Shown here piece by piece: positions 37,175-51,500 of a stretch of 64,000 nucleotides of DNA. The number at the start of each line of letters is the position of its first letter. Within the stretch, counting starts at the first letter, position 1. The stretch covers positions 116,438,001 to 116,502,000 of the forward strand of contig NC_045697.1 in NCBI RefSeq assembly GCF_009834535.1, read 5' to 3'. The notes beneath the pieces were generated by a model that made no database searches, was not told where the DNA came from, and saw nothing but the letters and a program-made list of their open reading frames with translations. This stretch comes from Camelus ferus. Its lineage: Eukaryota. The translations under genes were made by a program, and so were the position numbers.

Positions 37175-37375
37175 ACCGTCCAACAGAAATGTACTGTGAG
37201 CTACACGTGTAATTTAAAACGTTCTAGTACTCACATTTAAAAAAGCAAAAAAGAAACAGACGGAGTGAATTTTAATAATTCACACAGTCTTTGAAATCCA
37301 GGGTGAGTTTTATATGCAGAGAACACCGCTCAGACCAGCCCCGCATGGCTGGTGGCCACCGAATCAGGCAGCGCC
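37175..37375. mobile_element. MER33/MER3-like hAT-Charlie DNA transposon fossil
   Basis: gtccaacagaaatgtactgtgagctacac...gcatggctggtggccacc resembles the recalled MER33 consensus. Confidence 0.65.
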
Positions 37376-38349
37376 CACAGCCCTGGGAAACTCTGAAGAA
37401 CTACGTTTGCCTCCCCTCCACCTCCAGACCGTGAGAAAGACACCCAGCTACGTCCAGGCCGGCGGGAGCAGTATTTGGAGGTGACCAGAGCAAAACCTCT
37501 GAGAGCCCGAGAGGAAGCGGTCACCTCCCAAAGCCACACAGAGAGACCCGAGAGGGCTCACTACTTCTTTCTGTCAACTGCACACGGTCGCCAACCTCTG
37601 ATGCCGCAGTAATGACAGTCACATGACAAGGGAACCGAAAACTGAAGGACTGTGGCCACCAAGGGAGAACAGAGAACACTCCGGACGTGTGAGCTCGCTC
37701 CACTCTCTGCAGAAGAAAGAGTATCTCGTGACTCTTAGTCAACACTGGGGGCAACTCTTGACCACTCCCTCCCGCGCCCTCCCAAATCTAATCCGTCAAC
37801 AAACCTTGCTGGTTCTTGCCCCAGGGCCTCCCCACGGGGCAAAGGAGGTGGGACTTGTAAACCAAAGCAGCACCTCCCTCTGTGCCATCAGGATCCCAGC
37901 CACTCATCTGACACTTTGCCTCTTTGCACCTGGGCTTTCGAGATTCCCGATCACAGGTCAGGGGCTGGGAATCCCCGGGAACGCGCACACGGCCGCACAC
38001 GTGGACGCTGAACCACCTGTGCTGCTCTCGGGGCCTTGAGTCTCGGCATCTCTGAGTCTCAGAGCCCTGCGGCTGTGAATGCTGACCATGACCACGAGGC
38101 TCCCGCCCTCTCCACCGGCGGTTTTCCAGGACGCCTCAGACCACAGCCCTGCCACACAGCCGTCCCACCCTCTCCAGCCTGCCCTGACTTCCTCAGCTTC
38201 CAGTGCCCTTCCCATGAAACTGTTGGGTCTTACTTCTTACCTCTCAAGCCCCACGAGCCCTTGCTCTGACTCCTCACCTCATCAGTCCTTTGGCCGGAAC
38301 GACCTCAGAACTCGTCCTGGGATCAGGTGCCGATCCTGAGCTGCCTGCG

Positions 38350-38991
38350 GATGCTGCCCCATCACCTGGTCCTGTGCGCCACACGGTCGCTATGGAAACT
38401 GGTTAACGAGCCACTGCTTTCAGGGGAGACACAGGGCTCGGCTCCTGCCAGTCTCTGGCCACAAGATTTCATACAGTGATGAGTCCTTAATCTTGTTTTA
38501 TGCATGTTTCTGTTTAAAGACCCTCTATTTAATATGTACTGTTGCTTCATGATCACTGAAATCACAGCCAACAGCACCAGAACTCACCCCAACAAAGCTC
38601 ATCAAACATGCATTTTCTCCGCAGGGCACATCACATTCTTTTTGTCTTAGGAAGACTAGACGGCACTTCAGCACTAAGCTTGGGGGCCATTTCAAACAGC
38701 AAAACCACTAACAAAAAGCACAGAAATGCAAAGGAAAAACAACACCTGCACACTAAACGGACTGTAAAACAGACTCCTGTCTGCGTAGGAGGGCTGAAAC
38801 CAGCAGGGGCGGCCACCCCGTCTGACCTCCGCTGCGAAGGCGCACTAGGGAGCCCGCAGGGTTTTGCCCACCTGCCCACGGCCCTGAATGACCGTGAACA
38901 CGGCGCAAGTGTTGACCTGAAGGTCACGCACTGATTTCGGTGGGCAGGCAAACCTGCACACGGGGAACCCGCGGGTGATGCGGGTTGACTG
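38350..38991 (-). mobile_element. MER82-like TcMar-Tigger DNA transposon fossil
   Basis: ggcacttcagcactaagcttgggggccatttcaaacagc...aacaaaaagcac and terminal gttgactg match the reverse complement of the recalled MER82 consensus. Confidence 0.7.
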
Positions 38992-40379
38992 GACCAGTAC
39001 CTGAGACGGTTTTTGTGACCGTTTCCTCTACTCGACCGTGAGCTCCAGAAAAGCAGACCGTGTCGTAGTCCTCCCTGCGCCCCCACAAAGCAGCTCAGTG
39101 CTGGGCGAGCAGAAGGCACTGGAGGAATGTCTGTCACCCAGAGCCTCACCCACATGGCCTGTGCCTCCTTCCACGGGGAAAGGTTTGCTTCCTCCAGGGG
39201 AAGAAAAAGACCAGAAGACCCTGCTGCCTGGGTCCCCGTGTCTGTCACCTGCTCAGGGACACGGCTCCATCAGATGCCCACCCCGCCGGCCCAAAACACA
39301 CCTTATACCACTTATAACCCGTCTCTCTACGCAGCTCTGTCCGGGTCGATGACAGACTCACACAGCCCTCCTGTGTCACTCCACACAATGCGGAGAGTGT
39401 GCAGGAGAGGGAACACATGGGGCACATTGAGGTCCCTGCCGACAGCCGTGCTCTGTGAGCCCGTGGGAAGTGGTGACGCCCCAAAGGAGGATTTCCTGCA
39501 TCTTAACCATCACTGGTGTAACTGGTAAAGCTCCTAGTATCACCAGAACCCCAGTGCAGAGACTTCTTTAGGCCTCTCCATACAGAAGAAAACAGCTAAA
39601 GCCCAGAGTATCGGTGGACGCTGAAAATAAAAATGAAGTTAGAGAGGAGGCTGGAGACATTGCAGCCCGAGCGTGTCTCGGAGCAACCACAAGTCCTACC
39701 AGAAAGTCCATGTTTGCATCTGCTGCCACCCCCCAACACTCAGCCCCCACCTCTCCACCCCACTGAGCCAGGTTTTCTGAAAACTGGGGAACAAATTCTA
39801 ATCAGGGTAATTTGGGTTTTATTTTTAGAAAATCATTTACAGAGAAGATGGAAGGACAATAAGAATAAACAAAATCATGAGCTCAAATAGCAAATTGACT
39901 TAAATATATATAGTACATATATAGTATATTATTTATACCAACATAAATATAAATATATATATATATGTATATATATATTTAGTATCTAACTCTCCAAACG
40001 GTAAGATTAAAAAGCCTAAGAAAGTCCTGAATGGAAAAAAAAAGTCCACCTGAAACCTGCAGGAACCCACCGGCTTAGACCCCAGTCACTAATGACGTTC
40101 ACCAGGGGCTCCGGCAAGACCCCGCCTCTACCTCTCGGCACAGGGTTCGCTCCTCTCGTGCACACGTTAGGACAGAACAGCGTGGAACACACCTACGTGA
40201 ACGGAACTGCCCCAGGGCAGGGACGTACCATTCATTCCCTGCCCTAACAGTTCATTGTGCCTGGAACATGGAGACGCCCAGCAGATACTTCTGAATGAGG
40301 CTGTACTGTGTGGGGTCCCGGAGTTCACGCATAAGTCTGCTTTTCTAGCTCAGAACACACGTCAGAAGCATTGTGACAG

Positions 40380-40887
40380 GTGACTGGATAAAGAAGATGT
40401 GGTATATTTATACAATGGAATACTACTCAGCCATAAAAACCGACAACATAATGCCATTTGCAGCAACATGGATGCTCCTGGAGAATGTCATTCTAAGTGA
40501 AGTAAGCCAGAAAGAGAAAGAAAAATACCATATGAGATCGCTCATATGTGGAATCTAAAAAACAAAAACAAACAAACAAACAAAAACAAAGCGTAAATAC
40601 AGGACAGAAATAGACTCACAGACAGAAAATAGACTTGTGGTTACCAGGGGGGTGGAGGGTGGGAAGGGATAGACTGGGATTTCAAAATTGTAGAATAGAT
40701 AAACAAGATTACACTGTGTAGCACAGGGAAATATATGCAAAATGTTATGATAACTCACAGAGAAAAAAATGTGACAATGAGTGTGTATATGTCCATGAAT
40801 GACTGAAAAATTGTGCTGAACACTGGAATTTGACACAACATTGTAAAATGATTATAAATCAATAAAAAATGTTAAAAAAAAAAAAAA
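40380..40887 (+). mobile_element. Young 5'-truncated L1 with intact ORF2 C-terminus, poly(A) and perfect 16-bp TSD
   Basis: DWIKKMWYIYTMEYYSAIK...YHMRSLICGI* ends at 40558; AATAAA then A tail; TSD AGAAGCATTGTGACAG at 40364-40379 and 40888-40903. Confidence 0.95.
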
Positions 40888-42547
40888 AGAAGCATTGTGA
40901 CAGAGGCGGCCAGAGTACCTGGCTGTCCTACAAACCCAGGTTAGCCTGTAACAGAGCCATTATTCTAACAAATAAATGGACCAACTGTTCCTCCTAACAA
41001 TAACATCTTTAATGTCTTAACCATGTGAGAATGACTTCCAGGCGGGAAGAGCCTGCCATGCTACACATACACACATACACCCCCAAGCCTGCTCCTTCCG
41101 AGGCTCCGCGGGCGGGGTGGGGGGTGTGGCGGGAAACTGGGCAGCGTCCAGCAGACGAAGAGCAGCTGCTGCAGGACGGCACCGCGAAAGCACAGGGACC
41201 TGTAGAAGCAGAGCTGCATCTGGGTGAACGCGTCCCCGGGGGCAGCACGCCTGCCGGAGCAGAGGGGCTCAGCCAGGTGTGGAGACACACGCCCCCACCT
41301 CCTCTGACTCTGCAGAGACCAAGAGCCAGGGACAGGGTGGCCTGGGGACCGGGAAGGGCCTGGGAAGCCTGGGCAGAGTGACTGTGCCCTTGGCCCTTAC
41401 TCTCAGGAGCACTGGGAACCGCCCCTCATGCCCTGCCCAGCAAGGCCCACCGGCAAAACGCTCGGAAATTGTTCATCCGTTTCCCTGGATGCCTGTCACA
41501 ATCAGAGGTCACCATGCTCTCACCGTCTCATCTAACAGGGACGTTCTTTCCACCCACAGGTACAAAGACTGAGACGGAGAGCAATTTGCCCCAAACCACA
41601 GAGCTAATCGTGATAAGAGGTGGGACATGCGCACACGCACGCGCACACACATGCACACGTGTGTGCACACACACCCCTAATGCTATGCGTCCTGCCTTGC
41701 TTTCTTCAGAAGGAGACGAGGCCCCACATATAAACAGTCATGAGCACACATTCGGCAGCTCTACTGGGAAGTGCCTGGAGCGGTGCTGCCTGCAGTCCGT
41801 GCCCACCAAACTGTGCCCACACCACTGTCCCCTCGGGCCAGCGCAGATGGAGGGCGCAGGGGCAAGCTCAGACACGGGACCTGTGCCAAATTACACTGCT
41901 GTGGGGGTCCAATCTGCAGCCAGTCCACAGCAGTCCACTGCCGGCCTCACTCCCCAAGTGCGCCAGGCCTCGATGGCTTTGACCAAAGGGCTCAGAGCAG
42001 CGCAGCCAGCCCCTCCCCACCCCTGCCCCAGGAGAGGCAGCCCTCTCCCCGAGGGCAGCCTGCCCCTGGGCGGCCAGGACCAGCAATCACCCCCAGGGCA
42101 GAAACACTTCTCATCCTTCGTGGCCAGAGACGACTCTACCCTCGCAGAAGCCTTTCCTTCACACCGTTTCTGTTCTTGGCCACAGACGGAGCACGCAAGG
42201 GGAGAACACCAGGGCTTCTCCGGCTGCGTCGTGGCCAACAGAGGCGGGTGCCGGGACAGCCTGGGAGCACGTTCTCAGAGCGGGGGCGGTGGCCGTGACT
42301 GCCCCCGGCGTCAGTGCTGACCAGCTGCTCCTCCAGAGTCCAGCCAGCTCTCCGTGGGGCCCTCTGTGACCTTTCCTCGGAGAACATGGCACCATCCCAG
42401 GGGCCCGTCCGCGTGCACCGCCCCTCCTCCCAGGCAGCGCACGTTACAGCCTCAAACCTCCCACAAAGGACCCCAGGCTGAACCAGGAGACGGTCTTTTC
42501 CTTCATCTCCCTTCTCATCAAAAGCCCAAATAAAAGCTTAAAAGGAA

Positions 42548-43182
42548 CCTATATGATCCAGCAATCCCACTCCTGGGCATCTATCAGAGAAAACTCTAAT
42601 TCAAAAAGAAACATGTACCCGAGTGTTCACAGCAGCACTGTTTACAATAGCCAAGACATGGAAGCAACCTAAATGTCAACTGACAGACGAGTAGATGAAG
42701 AAGTTGTGGTGTATTTATACAACGGAATAGTACTCAGCCATAAAAATAATAAAATAATGCCATTTGCAGCAACATAGATGAATCTACAGATCATCATTCT
42801 AAGTGAATTAAGTCAGACAGAGAAAGACAAATATCAAATAATATCACTTATATGTGGAATCTAAAAAAAAGACACAAATGAACTTATTTATAAAACAGAA
42901 ACAGACTTACATAGAAAACAAACTTACAGTTACCTGAGTGGGAAAGGAGTGGGAAGACATAAATTGGGAGTTCAGGAATTGCAGATACTAATTACTATAT
43001 ATAAAACAGATAAACGACAAGCTTTTTCTGTACAGCACAGGGAACTATATTCCATACCTTGTAGTAACCTATAATGAAAAAGAATATGAACAGGAATACA
43101 TGCGTGTATATCTATGACTGAAACATGATGCTGTCCACCAGAAATTGACACATTGTAAACTGACTATACTCCAAATAAAAAG
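42548..43182 (+). mobile_element. L1 ORF2 C-terminal remnant plus 3'UTR (older subfamily)
   Basis: tatgatccagcaatcccactcctgggcatctat (YDPAIPLLGIY) through the 3'UTR tail; frame disrupted. Confidence 0.9.
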
Positions 43183-46100
43183 GACGCCAAAAAAAGCCAA
43201 AAAGGTCTTCACATGGGGAAAGGAAAGCTGAGGTCAGACACTAAGCTTACGGCCTGAGCTAACCGGCCCTCTGGTCAACGTGCCAGGCACCAGGTCCCCT
43301 GTGAACACACGGACATGGCATGTCACCTGACCTAGTGGGCCTGGGCAGAGTCAGGCACAGGCGGGGACAGCCCAGCGGGACGGTGCCCACAGTGCATGAT
43401 GAACAGGAGGTGGCAGGGCTGTCTGGTCCGCTGGGGGGTGGGTGCGACCAGCTGTTAGAGCACCTACCATGGACCACGCACTGCTCTAACTCCACGAGAC
43501 CAGCCGGCCGACATCTCACAACCACACCACGAAGTACCAGCGGGAGCCCAGCAGCACAGTACAGAGAGGCCCAGGAAGGAGCATGATCACACAGCCTCGA
43601 GCGATGCTGTTGCCTGGGACGGCTGGAGTCGGGCGCCAAGCCCCCACTGCGCCCACCCTCACAAGGCAGGAGTCCGCGGGTGAGAGGTGGAGGGAGGGGC
43701 CAGCTCCAGGCAAAGACACCTTCGGGAAGGGAAAGCTCAGAACTGTGTGAGGAAGCGAGACAGCTCAGCTGAGGGTGCCGAGGTTGGGGCAGAGCCCAGA
43801 GAGAGCAGCCCCGCCCTGCCGCGTGCAGGAGCCTGGACCGGAGTCTGAGGGGCTCTGAGCATCTCGGTGCCAGGAAGGCGCACAGATCTCGTGAAAACAA
43901 CGCAAGGGTTCACAACGCACAGCAGGACAGGTTTACGATCATTAAAAAATATAAAATGCATTTTGGCTGCAAAGTCACAACAATTTTTCACAAGTGCAAG
44001 ACAAGGGAAGCAGCCACATCTGTAGGACTGGAAACCAGTAGAGGCTTGATGCAGGAACTGTGGTCTGCGTTTCCGACCCGCTCCACCCGCGCAGGCCACC
44101 AGCGCCTTGGCGGGGAGCCTGCTTCCTGTTCTAGGAGACAAACACACCTACTTAGGAAAGAAAATCCACATTGATGTGAACGATTGCAGTTCAGTCTGTC
44201 TTATCAACAATGTTTTCTCTGAAACACTGGCCTCTAGCACCCAGGGGCACGTGTGACCCATGTGCACCTCTCTCACCACGCTGTTTAGAAAAGAAAACTG
44301 CAGGGAAAATTGGTTTATGCAGCAACGTGGTTCCCAACTTCAGCATCCTAAACCTCCAGCTTGGCTTGTTTCTACTTTGAAACCATCACCACTACATTTC
44401 ACAGACGAAACAGATCTTCTCCGGCCCTTCCCAAGGAAAAGAGGAGATCTAATTAAGAGGACCTGGGCTGACTGCACTCATCGGGGACGGGCAGATTCCT
44501 AACTGTCCCGACAGATCTAAGCACCAGACCCTCCAGCTCCAGACTTCCAGGAGATGGGAGCTCCACCTGGAGTCACAGGTGCGTCTGTCTCAGACGTACA
44601 AGTCAGGTCACAGACTCGGGGGTTAAAAGAGGACCTAGGGCTTTGAGAAGCAATACTCAGAAAGCTGTGTCTCCTACCCCGACTCCCTACTAGGAGATTA
44701 CCTCATCTGAGCTGATTAAAGCGGCAAATTAAGGGCACAGCATCGTGCAGAGGAAATCACAGAAGGTCAGAAGGAGAAGGAAACCCCAGGAGATCAAGAC
44801 TGCAATACGTCTGACGCCAGTCACTTTATCACCGCTTTTCCAGGAAAAAGGGACCAAGACTGTCACAGAACAAAGGTTGCAGAGGGTGACTATCGGAGCC
44901 TCTTCCCAAACCAAGCTGTGTTCACTGGGAAATAAAAACCACTGTCAACCTCACTGCCATTTGAAGACAGCCACAATTTATGGGGGAAATAAACAGTCTC
45001 AAGCCCTAGTTGGCCCACTTATTTCAAAACTGACATCTGCAAAACTCAAACGGGAGGAACAAACGTCTGGCAGCCCCTGGAAGCTGCAAGCGTCTAGGAC
45101 TGATGCACCAGTAAACTTGGGCGGTTTGTGTTTTTAAAGGACGGCCATGAGAAATCAAACAAGCACTCCTCCATTCACCCGCATCTCCCCTGCCATCAAC
45201 GCTTGTACTGTGGGAACTGCGCTGGTACACGGGTATCTGGTCCCTTGTCTGTAGGAGGATGGAACGGTGTGAAGCCAGTACAATGTTTATCGTGGACGGA
45301 GAGCTGGATTAGGGCCAGAACACAGAAGACGGGCTAAACAAACACTTCTCTGGAAGGAGGAGTAGAAACAGGGCGGTCTTTTCAGTGGCAGGGGGTGAAG
45401 AGTGGACTCAGCGTTTTCGTGGCTGAGCTGACGGACGGGCCGGCCAGGGTCAAGGCCATGTTGCCAATGGCACGACAATGCGCAGCTGAAGGGTGCACAC
45501 AGGCAGCCCTTTCAGGGGCCTCTGAACACACAGACAAGCAAGTGGGCAAAGGTGTGGTCCATTCAGGGAAGGCTGACATTCAAGTTCTTCTGAGGAAACA
45601 AAGCTCTCAGAGGACTCTGTTCTTGAACAGAATAGAATGGAATAGGATAGAACAGGACAGAATATTAATATTTAGCAGAATACTCCATTTCTTGGCAGTG
45701 AACCTCAGAAATCTAAACTAGAACCGATATAGAAGAAGATAAAATAGTCCATAGAGAAGGGGCTCTAAGGCGTAAAAAAACTTAACTCTGCAACTGAAAA
45801 GAAAGAACAAAAAAGGGGTAAACACAGGCAGAGGCACGGACAGGACCCTACACACATGTACTGGTTAAATTCTGAAATGCAAGCACCGGGAGAGGTTCTT
45901 CAAGTTTTAGAGGCGAGTTTGGGCACAAAGAGGAGCTTTATACAATGGCTGATAATTTATGTTCCTCTAAGGAGTGATACCAGCTGAACAAAAAGCAGCT
46001 CAGATAAACATACTGAGACACTGGGAGCTCCCCAGCGTCCTCAGTGCCAGGCTGGGTACCACGCAACAGACACACGGTGCTCCGTGTTCTCAAGGTGGAA

Positions 46101-46324
46101 CCCGGTGGTTTCCGGATACTCAGAACACCAGCCAGTGGAATGCTGTCAGTGCCAGCAAGACAAAACAAACAAAAAAACCCCCAAATCCAGTAAGTTCTGG
46201 AGTCAGAGGGCATGTCCATTTGGGGCAGTCAGCAAGACAATCAGAGGTGGCATCTGAACGGAGTCTGGATGAGCAAACAGAATTTTGACCAAAGTAATTT
46301 TGAGGAAGGAAATAGGAAAGGAAA

Positions 46325-46580
46325 AGTCTTGTACGGCACGGTGACTGTAGTTAATACTGTGCTACGTATTTGACAGTTGCTGAGAAAAGAGATCTTAAAC
46401 ATTCTCATGATGAGAAAAAATGTTTTGGTAACTGTGTCAAGCGATGGATGTTAACTGGGCTTACCGAGGTGACTGTTTCACAACATATACAAATCACGAA
46501 TCATGTTGTACAGCTGAAGCTAATACAATGTTATATACCAATTATGGATCAAACTTTTTAACTACAAAAAACAAGAAACA
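46325..46580 (+). mobile_element. L1MA-like 3'UTR fragment
   Basis: gtacggcacggtgactgtagttaatactgt...gatcttaaacattctca...aagctaatacaatgttata. Confidence 0.7.
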
Positions 46581-46834
46581 AAAAGTCTTAAGAGCAAGAT
46601 ATGTGCTTTCTGGGCCCGCTGGCCTAACATGTCCCCAACCCCCACTGCCCCACAAACAGCATCACTGGAGTGTCCAACTCACCTCCAGCATGGCCTCTGC
46701 AAAAACAAACGCCCGTACTCCCCTTTACAAAGTCACTTCCCCTTGTGACGGCCCTATTTCCACTAATTCTGCTACCATTCTCCCAGGTGACTCAGCCCCA
46801 AACCCTGGGCACTGTTTCACATAATGCTTTTTTA

Positions 46835-47212
46835 AAAAAATTTTTTATTGAAGTGTAGTCGATTTGTGATGTTAGTTTCAGGTGTACAGCAAAGTGATTC
46901 AGTTACACATATACATACATATATGTTTTTTCTTTTCAGATTCTTTTCCATTATATGTTATTACAAGAAATAGATGTAGTTCCCTGTGCTATATAGGAGA
47001 TCCTTACTGTTTATCTAGTTTATATGCAGTCATGTGTGGCTATTAATCCCCAACCCCTAATTCATCCCTCCCCGCCCCTTTCCCCTCTGGTAACCATAGT
47101 TTGTTTTCTGGGTCCGTGAGTCTGTTTTTGGTTGGTAAATAGAATTTGTATCATTTTTTTTTTAAGATTCCACATAGAACGATACCAGACAATATTTGCC
47201 TTCCTCTGTCTG
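46835..47212 (-). mobile_element. L1 3'-end fragment, sense to FNIP2
   Basis: ttttattgaagtgtagtc...ttccctgtgctata...taagattccacat; AATAAA on the minus strand at 46844-46849. Confidence 0.85.
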
Positions 47213-49154
47213 ATCATACACTGCTCCTTTTAAGGACTGTTTACTCTGTTTACAGTCCCGTCCCTCTCATGCCCTGTCTGGTCTCCCCTCTGAAACAGGC
47301 TCCACGCACATTCCTCCACGCATCCAGGTCAGGTCCCCAAGGAAACCACATGCGGGGAAAGTCATGGAAGAAAGATAATCCCATAATCACTCGCTCAGCA
47401 TGGAGGCCCCATCTCAGCCTCCAATCCCGGTCAGCGGGCCAGACCGAACCAACGCAGGTCAGGCCACCTCCTCAGCGCACAAGGGCCACGGAAGAATTAA
47501 TCTGCTGGTGATCCTTACTGAGAATGTCAGACAGAAAGAAAAGAAAAGAGATAGAAAAAGAAAGTGAAGTCTGCTGCCCCCAGTGCTCGCGGCAGAGCTG
47601 GCCAAGGTCCCCGGTCCCAGACACTAGGGGGACAGGGAGAAAGGGGGAGTCTTCTGGGCAGAGGGTGCAACTGCGGGTGAACACACGTGGGATTTGTTTT
47701 GGAGGAGAGGAGACACCTTGTCATTTCATCCTCAGGGATGGCTGCGTCCCTCGCCCCACACTAGCTCCGGGGTCCTGGGGGTCCCGGCCCTGCACAGAGA
47801 GGTTTCTAGAACACAGGGAGATGGCGCAGGTCTAACACGTGCGGGCAAGGCTGTCTCCCCTGGAAGTGACCTACTAACTAGGGTCCGCCGACTGGAACAC
47901 AGCAGCCCTGACCCACGAGAGCTGATCTGGACTCAATTCTGGAAAAAGCCCCCCTGTTAAACAGCTGCTCCACAGCCAGCGGCCGTGAGACCCAAGCCCA
48001 GCGCGCCTGGGCTGCCGGAGGAGGGCTGGCCCGGCAACAAGAGGTTACGTGTCTGGAGCTGTGCCTCCTGGGACCAGGCTGCCCGGAGCGACATCCACTA
48101 GAGGGGGCAGGGGTGCGGGTTATCCAACCAGGACCCCTACACGAGGGGCCGCACACGGCACTTTGGCCAGAGGAGCCCATGGGACAAAAAGGAAGCTCCT
48201 TCTCCTTCTAGCTCTGGGATAAATGCCGCTCTCTCCTTTCCCCGGGGAAACGTCTTCCCTTTCTGTCTGTAAAAATCGACAAGTGCTCAGACACAAACTC
48301 TCCCGCCTGGCAGAGGTCTACACTTCAGGAAACTGGCTCTTAACAAATACTGGGGGAATTCATCAGTACAAGAAACGGAACAGTTGGAAACTACTCAGGG
48401 ATGAAAAGGAGCTCCTGAGCCCAAAAAAGAGCGCTCTTTGGGCTGGGGAGAGCACAGAGGATGTGCAGGACCGTGGAGACACTCCGTGTGACATTGTAAG
48501 GGTGGAGACCGGCATGGTACGCTTGTCCAGACTCTCACAGGGCACAGCAGCGAGCAGACCCAAAGGTCAACCCGCGGCTTTGTGACTGGGCTGTGCGGGT
48601 GTCCGTCTGTCCTCCATAAGCAACGGATCGCTTTGCTGAGTGGGGCGGACGACCGGGGAGGCTCTGCGTGGGTGGGGGCACAAGGCAGAGGGAAAATCTG
48701 CACCCTGCTCTCAGCTCCACTGTGAACCTCAAACAGCTCTAAACAGATAAGGTCATTATTTAAGGAGAGAGAGACTGATTGATCAAACTTGGTAGGTTTA
48801 CCAAGTGTGGCTTTTGCCATAGGCTTGGGGGTAACCATAAAGGTGGGAGCGTGACATTCCGGGCTTATATCAGTTTTGTTCCTTCCCTATGGAGGTAAGA
48901 GAAGTCTGGGGTTTGGAGGGGGGGAAACTGAGGAACGTCACAGATGGTAACACTGCACCAGCCTGGCTCCCAGCATCCAAATGCCAGGTGTTTGCGCTGA
49001 GCCAGCGCCTTGAGAGCGGGAAGCCCACCTTTTGATGAAGACAAGCTCCTTGCCATGTCCCTACTGTCTTGGCTTCACCCAGAGATGGGATTAATGCAGG
49101 GGAGGAGCTGGAGGGAAAGATGGACGACACTCAACCCTGAGACAAAAGCTGCCT

Positions 49155-49388
49155 TTGGGGGAGGGACAAATTGGGAGTGTGGGATTAGCAGAAACACACG
49201 ACTGTATATAAAATAGATCAACCACTAGGGCCTGCTGCACGGCGCAGGGAACTATACTGAACACCTTGTAACAGTCTATAATGAAGAAGAACATGAAAAG
49301 CAGTGTGTATTTATATGACTGAATCACTATGCCTTAGCCAGAAACTAACACAACATCATAAATCAACTATACCTCAAAAAAAAGGAAA
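49155..49388 (+). mobile_element. L1 3'UTR fragment
   Basis: ggagggacaaattgggagtgtgggattagcaga...aatcaactatacctcaaaaaaaa. Confidence 0.82.
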
Positions 49389-51344
49389 ACAAAAGAGCTG
49401 CCTTTCACTGAAGGCCCACTGGTGCCCAGCACGTGCAGTAGGTATCACCAACGTGTGTCACCTCCAGCCTTCCAAATCTTGCAAGAGAAGCAATTTTACA
49501 CCCACTTTACAGAAGAGAAACTCAGAGAGGATGTGTCCTGCGCTGTAAGGTGAGTGTAAGTGATCCAGGAAGGCAAATACATAACAAAGTCCCAGCTCTA
49601 TCCATTAACTCTAAAGTACAGACTGAGGACTCCCACCTACTCTTTGGGGTCCCCTAAATCTAAAACGTAACACAAACAAAGCTGCGAGGCCCTCCCTCCA
49701 CAACCTGGTCCCGGAGGGCTGGCCTCACAGAGCCCTCTTCTTTCAGAGAGACCAGCGCATTCGCTGCCCCAGCGCACCCCTGCGGTGGGAAGTCTTCCTC
49801 ATTTGCTCCTCTCTGAATCCCACCCATCTGGTCTCATCCCCTCAGGGGTGCCTCCCCTCACCAGCCAGACCAAGAGGCTCCCCCGCTGCTTTCATCCTAA
49901 CAGGACAGTGGAGACTTGGACCTGAACTACGGCCCCAGAGTAGAATTCGCTGTCTCAACTTAGTGTCTATTGCTTGCGCCATTCAGTAGGAAGCCCCCAG
50001 AAGTGATGTTTAGACCCCACACTTCCTTATAAACCCCACGGAACATCAATGTCACAGGTACTTCAAGTGTCACCGTGCAGAGAGGGGACACAGACCACGC
50101 CTGGCCTTGGGCTTGGATTCCCAGGTCATTGCTAACCACACGGCAACCTCCAGCAAGCCTCAGGGTTTTCTTCTGTAAACGCTTACAACCTCACCATCTA
50201 CAGATTAGCTAAGAAAACGCCCACTCCCAGAGGGTAACTGTGAGGCAGGAGGAGGGTGACGCCGAAAAGCCACACAGCACAGAGCTCTGCTCTGCACACA
50301 TGTGTGCACGGCGTGAACACAGTCCCTCCTCCACACACACCAGAGGGCCTGCTCTGACCTTTCGGAGAAGCAGCTACTACTGGCCTCTCAAAAGGTCCCA
50401 GAGAAGCTGCCTATGTAGATAGTCTATAATATGACCACTAATTAATGAGGTTTACTCTATGAACATGCATCTTTAAAACCACAAATAGCTATATGCCTTA
50501 TAAAATAAATTTTTTCTTAATTTTTATTTTTTGCCCACACTATCTGATAATAGTAAAGAAATGTTTTTTAAAGGATATTTGCCTGCAAGTTCATTACCCC
50601 ATGACATCACCTGTTGTGGTTTTCTGTTTTCCTTTCCAGTTCTTGGTCATACATTTACATATTTTACTAATGTATTCATCTGTAGGTACCAATTGATTTT
50701 GGTTTATTTACCATATCAAACATTTGATTATATGAGTGTTATGTTAAATTTAATATATTATAGCAAATTATATATGTATAACATATTATATACATATAAC
50801 ATGTAACATATATAATATGTTGTAATTAATACATCATATACACTTGAGCTAATGCACAAGAATCTTCCAACCAAGGAGTTCACCATCTCTAACAAAATAA
50901 AAATGCCTGAAAATAACCTAAATATCCATCAATAGGGGACTGGTGAAAATGAGCGAACTTGGCTGCACACTAAAATTACCTGAGGTGGGGGGTGTTCATA
51001 AAGACAGGCACGTGGGCACCCAGATCAGTTACATCAGGATCAGAGAAGGTCTGGGCACGTCGCTCTTTCGGGGCCCCCGTGGTGTGCAGCAGACCTGAGA
51101 ACTCCGGGTAAAGCAGAGTACGACACGCATTCAGTCAATGGAGTATGAGACCACTGTGAGCAACATGCTGAACAGCTGTGTTGTGTGAATGAAAGAGAAT
51201 GTATTTTTCTTGTATTTGAGCAGAGTATTTCCAGTAGGGTATACTAAAAGAAACCAGTGTTAACACTGGTAGCCTTTACGAAGAGAGATCAGGGGTGAAA
51301 AGTGAGAGGCGCTTATATTTAAATGCATATAATCTTGTATTGTT

Positions 51345-51500
51345 TGGTTTTTTTTCTTTTTTTCTTTTTTTGTTGGGGGGGGATTAGATTTATTTATTTA
51401 TCTACTTATGTATTTTTTCGTTTAATGGAGGTACTGGGGATTGAACCCAGAACCTCATGCATGCTAAGCACGCGCTCTACCACTGAGCTGTACCCTCCCC
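51345..51500 (-). mobile_element. tRNA-derived SINE (Vic-1-like)
   Basis: tggaggtactggggattgaacccag...ctctaccactgagctgtaccctcccc preceded by a T tail. Confidence 0.9.

Noticed and set aside
40373..40558. 61-aa ORF as a host gene
   Set aside because: It is the C-terminus of L1 ORF2 in a truncated insertion.
41469..42320. 283-aa ORF
   Set aside because: GC-rich intronic sequence starting in MIR-like DNA and crossing a CA-type repeat; no recognisable domain.
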